DNA of 59,020 nt from a virus. Taxonomy: Duplodnaviria > Caudoviricetes. This document shows, in pieces, positions 37,427-45,012 of the stretch (the first letter of the stretch is position 1; each line of letters starts with the position of its first letter). The notes beneath the pieces were generated by a model, which was given only the letters and a program-made list of their open reading frames with translations, ran no database searches and was not told the DNA's origin. Location: the IMG/VR virus record IMGVR_UViG_3300025168_000094, positions 1 through 59,020 of that record; one strand, given 5' to 3'. The position numbers and the translations under genes were made by a program.

Positions 37427-38323
37427 TTATTTGGTTCCCTGACCGGTTACTTTATTCCAAATTTGCATGTAATATTGCGATGGTGACAATTTTGAATTTG
37501 GTAATTCAGGATTAATGGCGTCAAGCAATTCGTAGGTTTCATAACCAAATGACTCACCGCCTTTCTTAAGGAAATCAAATCCCTTGGGGTGAATTTGCTG
37601 GGCGGCCTGCTGCATCTTGTCCTGATTGCCGCTGATGTCTTCCTTGCCTACTTTGGCTGGATTGAAGTCGGGTAAGCTGTACCGGTCTTTGTAGGTCTTC
37701 ACATAATCCTCCGCTGACACATCAGCGCTGCGTACATCAGTAATGCCGGGTTGTAAATCTGACTTGTATATAACACCTTTAACAATTTGGTTATTGATAT
37801 CATTGAATACCTTTTGAACGACGCCTCTTTCACCAGAAAGCATTTGTGTACGTCCCCCCATATAATCTTGGAAGATGGGGAAGTTTTGTTTTTTTGCAAC
37901 AGTATCTTGAAAGTCTTCTCCTTCCTCACCGCCCACAGATTGCTTGTCGGCGGCAGAATCTAGGCTCCACATGTACTGAGCCGTTGATCTTAACAGGCTT
38001 TCCGTATCTTCAAGAGCATATGATGATAGTTCTTTTTGAATCTCAACCCTTTGTTCCGCTGCAGAGCGTTTGGCTGCAGCAACATCAGCTCTGTTAGAAG
38101 CCTTGTTTTGTAAAACACCGAGCAGAGGAGCGGCGATGGCCATTGTTAAGAGCCCCCTCTTAACCATTCTTTTTATGTTATTCGCATCAGCAGCTTTAAT
38201 CGCCTCGTACTCTTTATTTTCCGATAAGAATTTATTTAATTCTTCTTCAATAATTTGGTCTATTATGCGATGAGCGACTTCTTCGTAAATGATTGTTCTT
38301 AATCTTGATTCTATTATTTTCAT
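37427..38323 (-). CDS. Hypothetical protein with MKI..L..II.EE leader and hydrophobic segment
   Basis: MKIIESRLRTIIYEEV...IIEEELNKFLSE followed by GLLTMAIAAPLLGVL. Confidence 0.7.
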   Translation of the reverse strand: MKIIESRLRTIIYEEVAHRIIDQIIEEELNKFLSENKEYEAIKAADANNIKRMVKRGLLTMAIAAPLLGVLQNKASNRADVAAAKRSAAEQRVEIQKELSSYALEDTESLLRSTAQYMWSLDSAADKQSVGGEEGEDFQDTVAKKQNFPIFQDYMGGRTQMLSGERGVVQKVFNDINNQIVKGVIYKSDLQPGITDVRSADVSAEDYVKTYKDRYSLPDFNPAKVGKEDISGNQDKMQQAAQQIHPKGFDFLKKGGESFGYETYELLDAINPELPNSKLSPSQYYMQIWNKVTGQGTK

Positions 38324-38333
38324 TTTTTAACTT

Positions 38334-39272
38334 CTATATTTCAGATAACAAATCTAGCAATAAATAGTTGTCAGCATCAATAAAGGTAGCATTCTTTTTT
38401 CTGTCCTCAAAGATGCTCTTTGGCATTGAGCCCACATCCTCGTAACCAGACACATCTATTTTATAAAGTTCGATATCATATTGGAGAAGCATTTTAATAA
38501 TCCGCCTCTCTTTGGCTGCGGCGTCAGGGTCGAGGGCGATGTGGATTGCGGCGTCGTTCCGTACAATCTCTCGTAATAAGTCGGACCCGCGCCGTAGGGT
38601 TGAACCCAATATAGGAACAGCATTTCCGGCGACAAGTGCATCAAAGACTCCTTCGACTAATACTAAGTCTTTATTCCAATCAATATATAGTTCGTTGAAG
38701 ACAACATCCTTGGATGCTCTTGGGTTTTTATACTTATAGGAGTCTCCGCTGTAGGATCTCGCTATAAAGTAGCTTACATCTCCGTCTTTATCGAAGGATG
38801 GTATAATAATTCTATTGCGGTATTCACCACTGAAACAATAGCCAATCTTCCACTTGAGTATATCGGCTTTAGTAACGCCCCTTTTACATAAGTAATTATA
38901 AGCATACAATCCAGTAGCTGGAAGATTGTCAGTTGCAAGACTGGTAAATTCTTCTGGGAGGTCTATCTTTTGATAAATCTCGATATGCTCTGGTTCCATA
39001 AAGAGGTCAGCGAATCTTTCCAGATCTTGGCGCCCGAATAGTTGGTCCCACGTAGCAAGTTGGTTGTGGTTGCCAAACCGACGCACAACACGCCTAATAT
39101 TACGACCCCGATAATCACAAATCCAACACTTATAGACATTCTTATCAACATTAACAGAAAACTTACGCTTGTGATGGTTGCATGCCGGGCACGTAAAAAG
39201 AAGCTCATGACCTTTGTCGAAATAGCCACCAAGAACTCCTTGCAATATTTTTTTAACTTCTTCATTTTTCAT
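38334..39272 (-). CDS. DNA primase (Zn finger plus TOPRIM)
   Basis: CPAC..H...CWIC zinc finger; YL..RG, RIIIP, FIAR, KYKNP, LVEGVFD, LDPDA. Confidence 0.9.
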   Translation of the reverse strand: MKNEEVKKILQGVLGGYFDKGHELLFTCPACNHHKRKFSVNVDKNVYKCWICDYRGRNIRRVVRRFGNHNQLATWDQLFGRQDLERFADLFMEPEHIEIYQKIDLPEEFTSLATDNLPATGLYAYNYLCKRGVTKADILKWKIGYCFSGEYRNRIIIPSFDKDGDVSYFIARSYSGDSYKYKNPRASKDVVFNELYIDWNKDLVLVEGVFDALVAGNAVPILGSTLRRGSDLLREIVRNDAAIHIALDPDAAAKERRIIKMLLQYDIELYKIDVSGYEDVGSMPKSIFEDRKKNATFIDADNYLLLDLLSEI

Positions 39273-39496
39273 TCTTCACCAATTATATCAAAAAAGCCTT
39301 CTCTAAGTGGTATCGGACCAGCATGAGCTTGTTGAAAAAAGTATGCTTTAACCATACCGTTTATCGGATCAACCCCTATGACAATACCATAATCTTTCAA
39401 TGGTTTAAAATCAAAGTATATCTGGTGTTCTAAGAGAGAACTATTATACCATTTTCTCTTTATTAAGTCTCCTACCTTTACTTTGCGGCTAGGCAC
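39269..39496 (-). CDS. Small hypothetical protein
   Basis: KVGDLI...YGIVI pattern (SH3/KOW-like); overlaps both neighbours. Confidence 0.5.
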   Translation of the reverse strand: MPSRKVKVGDLIKRKWYNSSLLEHQIYFDFKPLKDYGIVIGVDPINGMVKAYFFQQAHAGPIPLREGFFDIIGEE

Positions 39497-40410
39497 TTCA
39501 CATTCTCACGGTACCGGAGCAGTGCCAGTTCTTTGTGCTTAGCCTCAATCATGATGTCGAACTCATTGCCGTAATCATCAAGCGTGCTGTATACAAGATC
39601 GGAGTGTGCTTGTGGCTTAATCTTTGGATTGTTGTGTTCGAGAGAACGAGACTCTGCGTAGTGAACCACTGGCTTGATATCACCCCATGTGGAGAGCGCA
39701 AGCTCAAGGGCTTCCTGCTCTGTCTGACCGCCAGGGTGCAGCATGTGGTGATGGTAGTCAAACACAATTGGAATACCAATGCGCTTGTATACACCCTCAT
39801 ACAACTCCAGTGTAGAATACAGCGACTCTTTGTCATCGTTCTCGACAGTCAAGCGAGAGCGAACATTGTCAGGCAGACGCTCGAAGTTGCGACAGAAGTT
39901 ATCGAGAGCGAATGGCTTGTCACCGTAGGCTGCACCAACATGAATATTAAGTTTGGCATACGGAGTGCGTGGTAAACCAATAAGGTCAAACAAGTCACCG
40001 TGAACCGACAAGTCAGTCTCGGTGAGTTTGTATACACGCTCCTTGGGTGATGCTAGCTTATTAAACGGCCCAGGATGCGATGTGAGCCGCATTCCGTGCT
40101 TACGGGCAAAGTTGCCCGCCTTGAGCGCCGCGGCGTGTATAGCGCCGAAATTAGGCATGTCTACGAGGTCATACTCGGAAGCCCACGGAATAATATTGGA
40201 GGAAAGTCGATAAAAGTAAATATCGTGCTGTAGATTCCATTCTAGAATCGTGTATAAGTCGCGCAGGTTCTGTAAAGCAAGGTCTGCAGCATACTCGATT
40301 CCGCGGTCGTGAAACGTGCGCTTAATCATAGTGCGGTTAGTGGTGATGCGCTGCGACTTTGGCAGCGTAGAAAAGCCTTGATTGATACAGGCGTAGCCCA
40401 AGTAGTTCAT
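39478..40410 (-). CDS. uvsE: UV damage endonuclease (UvsE/UVDE)
   Basis: LGYACIN, FYRLSS..IP, R...HPG.F..L, IHVG..YG.K, LTVENDD, VFDYHHH, AHSD, DIMIEAK.KE. Start refined to 40410 (GGAGG). Confidence 0.93.
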   Translation of the reverse strand: MNYLGYACINQGFSTLPKSQRITTNRTMIKRTFHDRGIEYAADLALQNLRDLYTILEWNLQHDIYFYRLSSNIIPWASEYDLVDMPNFGAIHAAALKAGNFARKHGMRLTSHPGPFNKLASPKERVYKLTETDLSVHGDLFDLIGLPRTPYAKLNIHVGAAYGDKPFALDNFCRNFERLPDNVRSRLTVENDDKESLYSTLELYEGVYKRIGIPIVFDYHHHMLHPGGQTEQEALELALSTWGDIKPVVHYAESRSLEHNNPKIKPQAHSDLVYSTLDDYGNEFDIMIEAKHKELALLRYRENVKCLAAK

Positions 40411-40429
40411 ATTATTAACCTCCACATAA

Positions 40430-40458
40430 AGCATAACCCATGCGATCGTGGTTGTCAA
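40430..40458 (-). promoter_or_regulatory. Sigma70-type promoter for uvsE
   Basis: TTGACA, 17-nt spacer, TATGCT, then GGAGG and ATG. Confidence 0.65.
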
Positions 40459-40709
40459 TCAGTTTCTTCGTCTTCTGCTCTGTGAACCAGAATCAAAACA
40501 GATGCTGGCAATTCTTCAGTTAGCGCGTTATCTAGCCAGAGCACTATAATTCTGTCTTGCGGTTCTTGGCCGAAATAAGTGCTGAGAACAAAAGCACCTG
40601 GCTCAACATTTAGAACTATCCCATTCCATTGTTCTCGATCATCCGGAACAATCAGATCTATCTCCGTTACAATGTCGCCGACTTTAAATTCTGTTTTTTC
40701 TTGAAGCAC
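40455..40709 (-). CDS. Small hypothetical protein
   Basis: FKVGDIV...GIVL...V.W pattern, similar to 39269..39496. Confidence 0.5.
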   Translation of the reverse strand: MLQEKTEFKVGDIVTEIDLIVPDDREQWNGIVLNVEPGAFVLSTYFGQEPQDRIIVLWLDNALTEELPASVLILVHRAEDEETD

Positions 40710-40716
40710 ATATTAA

Positions 40717-41280
40717 CTAGGCATCAATTTCTGTTTGATAGCCAGCTTTAGCAATGATAATTGCATCAGCACGATCGTAGCTTTCTGGTTTTGGGTTGCC
40801 GTGCTTTGTATATTCTATCTTGAATGCAGGCTCTGTGTCAAGCAAATGTTGTAAAACAACTTGTTTTGCCTTTTGGCCTCTTGGCACCTTAATCCCGGCG
40901 GTCTTGCGCGCTGATGTAGCGCCAATAAATTTAGGTTCTATCTCAAAAATCTCATACAATAGCCACGAAACAACACCATTAAATCGCTGTAGTGTAGCCA
41001 TGGTTTTTGCCGATGAGCCGCCAGAGTTGAAGAACGTAAAAGGCTGTTCTATATATATGTGCTCGATTGGGTAATCGGCTCCGCCTAAACTTGTTGATTC
41101 CTCATCATTGTTTAATTGATATACTTCGTATAGATCAAGAATCTTTTCTTTGATAGCAATCGTTTTATTAAAAAAACCCTTGTGTTTTCTTAAATCAATC
41201 GAGTCATAATATAACAGACTACCATCTGCAATTATAGCAAAACCAGTTATACTGGTTGACACATCTACACCTAAAACCAT
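40717..41280 (-). CDS. RuvC-like Holliday junction resolvase
   Basis: LGVDVSTSITG, IYIEQP, K..V, DRADAIIIA catalytic acidic pattern. Confidence 0.8.
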   Translation of the reverse strand: MVLGVDVSTSITGFAIIADGSLLYYDSIDLRKHKGFFNKTIAIKEKILDLYEVYQLNNDEESTSLGGADYPIEHIYIEQPFTFFNSGGSSAKTMATLQRFNGVVSWLLYEIFEIEPKFIGATSARKTAGIKVPRGQKAKQVVLQHLLDTEPAFKIEYTKHGNPKPESYDRADAIIIAKAGYQTEIDA

Positions 41281-41619
41281 TTAAACCTCGTATTCTTTCC
41301 AAGCGTGTTTTTTACGGTCTACCATATATCCCAAATCATTTTGGTGAGTATAAGCCTCTTGTTCGAAGCGTATCATAAAGTATGCCGTTTCTTTACTCTT
41401 ATATTTTATCATTGCTTTTACAAAATCATAAGCATATAAAACATAAAAACCTACTAAAAATAACTCTTTCTGTTGTTCGAAGTGAACCATCTCATGATTC
41501 ATAGTGTATTCGTCCACTTCTTCAGATAAGATAATAAACGGAAACAAAGTAATAGCGTATACACTTATTACAATTGACAATAACTTGGTAATAAATTTAG
41601 ATGTTATTATAATAGGCAT
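41281..41619 (-). CDS. Small HExxH protein (metallopeptidase-like)
   Basis: AITLFPFI, NHEMVHFEQQ, downstream FEQEAY. Confidence 0.6.
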   Translation of the reverse strand: MPIIITSKFITKLLSIVISVYAITLFPFIILSEEVDEYTMNHEMVHFEQQKELFLVGFYVLYAYDFVKAMIKYKSKETAYFMIRFEQEAYTHQNDLGYMVDRKKHAWKEYEV

Positions 41620-42875
41620 TATATATCCAGTTTCAATTTAAACGTTATATCTTTATCTTCCTCTTTCAATACCGGATCTGCCAAGGTAGCAATTCCTATT
41701 AGGTTTTTGTTGTCATCGTAAATAGCGACTCTGGATACATAGACTTGGCGTTTGAAATCTTCATCGAAGGTAGCAAAACTGGAGGAGGTAATATTTTTGA
41801 TTCTCCTGTTGGGGTTTTCTTCAAAGATATTTGAGCCAGATCTTAACAGATAGTCTTGCCCTTTTTCCAAATATGTTGGATTATTGGAGTAGTTTGCTTG
41901 GCCGCGGCGGGCGTTGGCAAACATGGTATATGTTTGAGTTTCAGTGACTCCTTCAAATTCCATATTGAAAGATGCGGACTCAAAAGATGGGGCGGCTGTG
42001 GCATTGTTTACACCATCCAGTGCACCGGCACCAAAGTAAATCCATTTTGGGTGGTCTATTGTACCATTATCCAATAGTCCCATCGCTGTATCGTTGAGTC
42101 TCCACGAGCCAGTCAGCATTATTATGCCTTCGTTGTATAATACGACACCCGCAACTTTATTGTTGTTTGCTGATGAAGTTCCAAAGGTCTGTATCAGCTC
42201 GCCGTTTTCTTTATTATCTTTTAACTCACCGATCAGAGAGCCTGTAAAATACCATTTTAAAGAAACTGAGCCGGGGTTAATTTTAGAACCATAAAAGATA
42301 GATGGTACGTGAACTGTGTTAATCTTTTGTTCGTCTTTGTTCCACCCATCACCTAGAGACGAATTTACAACATAATGCTCGCTCATGTAGCGATAGTTAT
42401 TCAAACGAGTCTTAAGGGCATAGTAGTGAGGGTATACTGGTCCACCGGCATCTGCGGTGACTGTACCATCTACTGTGTTTACCATATCATATCTGGAGCC
42501 GGCTTGTGGGCTCATAAACTCTCGCGTGATTGAAGCAGTTAAGGGATAGCTCTTGCTTACAGTGTCCCCATATACAAACTCATTTTCGTAATCAACATCG
42601 CCTACGGTCTTAAAAGATGCGCGGGCGCTGTCTTTTGTAACAAAGGCAGTTATAAAGTTATTTGTTTCAGCATTGCGGTCAATGTTATATTCAAACAAAC
42701 TGATACCACCACTAGCACTGCTGGTGATATTCAAAATGTTGTTGGAGAATGAACCGGATTGATGAGGCAGATTATTATAATATATCTTTGACTCATTTAT
42801 CGTAATGTTGACATTGGGATATGCCCGCATTGTATTCAGCACAACATCGTTTGGGCTAAACTTGCGGAAAGACAT
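41619..42875 (-). CDS. Baseplate-type virion protein (paralog of 42878..43948)
   Basis: G.V.Y..GI, NYSNNPTY, YVSRVAIYD...LIGIATLADP..K...F...LD C-terminus. Confidence 0.6.
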   Translation of the reverse strand: MSFRKFSPNDVVLNTMRAYPNVNITINESKIYYNNLPHQSGSFSNNILNITSSASGGISLFEYNIDRNAETNNFITAFVTKDSARASFKTVGDVDYENEFVYGDTVSKSYPLTASITREFMSPQAGSRYDMVNTVDGTVTADAGGPVYPHYYALKTRLNNYRYMSEHYVVNSSLGDGWNKDEQKINTVHVPSIFYGSKINPGSVSLKWYFTGSLIGELKDNKENGELIQTFGTSSANNNKVAGVVLYNEGIIMLTGSWRLNDTAMGLLDNGTIDHPKWIYFGAGALDGVNNATAAPSFESASFNMEFEGVTETQTYTMFANARRGQANYSNNPTYLEKGQDYLLRSGSNIFEENPNRRIKNITSSSFATFDEDFKRQVYVSRVAIYDDNKNLIGIATLADPVLKEEDKDITFKLKLDI

Positions 42876-42877
42876 TA

Positions 42878-43948
42878 CTAGTAATCCAGTCGAACCCTGA
42901 TAGTCAATTCATTTTGTGGAGTTTTCTTCAGTGGTTCAGACAGTTTAGCAGTGGCTAACAATTCGTTTCTTGCGTTGTAGAGGCCAACCGTGGTTACATA
43001 CGCTACAGGGTTATCGCTAGCGTTGTTCTTAACTCTAATCTTACTACCTGATGTGTATGTAGGGTTAGAGCTGTAGTTGTACTTGTTAACCGGCATTCTG
43101 CAGAAGTAGATTGTGGAGTTAATCTCTGTAGAGTTGTTGAACGTAAGGTTAGTCATTCTGTGCCTAACAGCGTCACATGTTCCTGAAATTGATGCAGAAA
43201 CCAAGGACTGATCGAATGTCAGTGCGTCTGGAGTACTACTACTAGCCGCAGAGCCACTGTTGAAATCTGCAATTCCAGAAAATACCGAGGAAGAAATAAC
43301 TGCAATACCTGATTGGTAGAACACTACGCCGTAACTCGAAGATGGAGTTTCGGTAGCCAAACTTGCGGTTGAGTCGAATAAGACTCCGTAATCACCACCA
43401 ATAGTGTTGGTCGTGCCGTCTCCAGTAGAAGAAGCGGCTGTATCTTGGAGCGATATGGTCGTGAGATGAGGGTTAGCCCATGCGCCGCGGCCGAGTTGTA
43501 AGTTAACTGTACCTTGTTTAATTTGGTCTTTTGTCAATAATCTAGACATAGACACAACAAATACTTCCTTCATGGAGCCTGTTGTATCGAGCCTCAAATC
43601 ACTTTCAAACAATCTTACTGTGTTGGTGCTACCTGTGTAACCCAAAAGAACCTGTGAAAACTGGTTGTAGATGTTAATCTTTTTATTGTTAATTGCTGCA
43701 GTTGAAGCAGACAACGGGGATGATTCATCATAACCACAAGTAAGATCAAAGATGTGGTTAGCAGACGAACTAAGGAATGGATAGTCGTATACTGATTGGA
43801 ACATACCGTGGGTAAAGTTTTTGATGTTCTCATCACTGTAAGTTCCACTAACAATGGAGCCGGTGAGAGGGATTACCTCGTGTAATAAAGTTTTTGTTGT
43901 TGTAACGTCCGTATTAACATTTAACGGCTCATAAGAAAGGGGCATCAA
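42878..43948 (-). CDS. Baseplate-type virion protein
   Basis: GVVFYQSGI, NYSSNPTY, YVTTVGLYN...LLATAKLSEPLKK...VRLDY. Confidence 0.6.
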   Translation of the reverse strand: MMPLSYEPLNVNTDVTTTKTLLHEVIPLTGSIVSGTYSDENIKNFTHGMFQSVYDYPFLSSSANHIFDLTCGYDESSPLSASTAAINNKKINIYNQFSQVLLGYTGSTNTVRLFESDLRLDTTGSMKEVFVVSMSRLLTKDQIKQGTVNLQLGRGAWANPHLTTISLQDTAASSTGDGTTNTIGGDYGVLFDSTASLATETPSSSYGVVFYQSGIAVISSSVFSGIADFNSGSAASSSTPDALTFDQSLVSASISGTCDAVRHRMTNLTFNNSTEINSTIYFCRMPVNKYNYSSNPTYTSGSKIRVKNNASDNPVAYVTTVGLYNARNELLATAKLSEPLKKTPQNELTIRVRLDY

Positions 43949-43958
43949 TAATCTCCAA

Positions 43959-44975
43959 TTATGTTTGTGCTATTTTGATAATTCTTACTGGTACTTGTAA
44001 GTTTACGTTGGATGCGGCACCTTCGACGTAGACAGTTGTATCAATGTAGTCGTAAAGGGTGCCAGTTCCAAATAAGTCAGAAGAAGTGGTTCCGAACTTG
44101 GTGTAGTCGGATTGTGGGATATTCGGGTTAATCAGGAGGTTGAGAGCTGTGAAACTAGCTCGGGGCCCCTTGATGGCCGAATATTGTGTGCTGGTATCAG
44201 ATGTACCTGCGGTTGCAGTATCGGAGTATACTCTGTTGAGTACTCCGTTGACAACAACCTCACTGTTGTTTTTAATCTTTTGCGAGGGCCTGACAGCAGA
44301 ATTACCTTTCAAGGTAACGTTCAGTGCGGCGCCTTGTGCTGAGTTGTTGGTGAGATTAGAACGCATATCAGCACCCATGACGGCGGAAATAAAGCGATTG
44401 TCGAAGCTTACAACAAAATTGTTGTCGGTAAGTCCTGCAGAAGCTAAAAGTGCGTTTTGGTTGGTAGAGGAGCCCAGCAGATCTGTTGAGTCGATACCTG
44501 TTTCAATAAGCATGAATTTACCAGACGCATCGCCGGATTTAAGAATTGTATTAGCGTTACCACCATCATCGGTGATTTGCTTGGATGTAATCACCCCAGC
44601 GGCCGTCACCTTACTATCGTCAGCCAGTAATACCAAGCCGTCAGCATTCTTTTGAACGATGCGCGGGCTGAAGGTCTTCTGGTTCAGGGCTACTTGGGGC
44701 AAGTAAAGCAGATCTTGTCTAGCTCTGGAAACAAGACCGTAATTAATATTAGCGTTCTTAGAAGTAAACGCTTCCAAGATGGGGGTTTGTAAAATTTCCA
44801 AATCGTAATAAGCAGATCCAGATGCATGGTCCTTGTTGTATAAGGAGTAATCTATCTCGTCATCACCGGGTGAAAACTTAGTAATTCTAAAGTCACCTTG
44901 AGCCATTCTTTTTCGTCCGATATCGGTCAGAACTGCATCAAGTATGATGTCGCCGGTGTTGTCTATAAATGCCAT
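43959..44975 (-). CDS. Baseplate/tail-type virion protein
   Basis: ILDAVLTDIGRKRMAQGDFRITKFSPGDDEIDY N-terminus; GAGG RBS; upstream TATTTATA motif. Confidence 0.6.
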   Translation of the reverse strand: MAFIDNTGDIILDAVLTDIGRKRMAQGDFRITKFSPGDDEIDYSLYNKDHASGSAYYDLEILQTPILEAFTSKNANINYGLVSRARQDLLYLPQVALNQKTFSPRIVQKNADGLVLLADDSKVTAAGVITSKQITDDGGNANTILKSGDASGKFMLIETGIDSTDLLGSSTNQNALLASAGLTDNNFVVSFDNRFISAVMGADMRSNLTNNSAQGAALNVTLKGNSAVRPSQKIKNNSEVVVNGVLNRVYSDTATAGTSDTSTQYSAIKGPRASFTALNLLINPNIPQSDYTKFGTTSSDLFGTGTLYDYIDTTVYVEGAASNVNLQVPVRIIKIAQT

Positions 44976-45012
44976 TTTGTTACCTCTTTATATAAATAGT
45001 ATTGGTTTTTTG

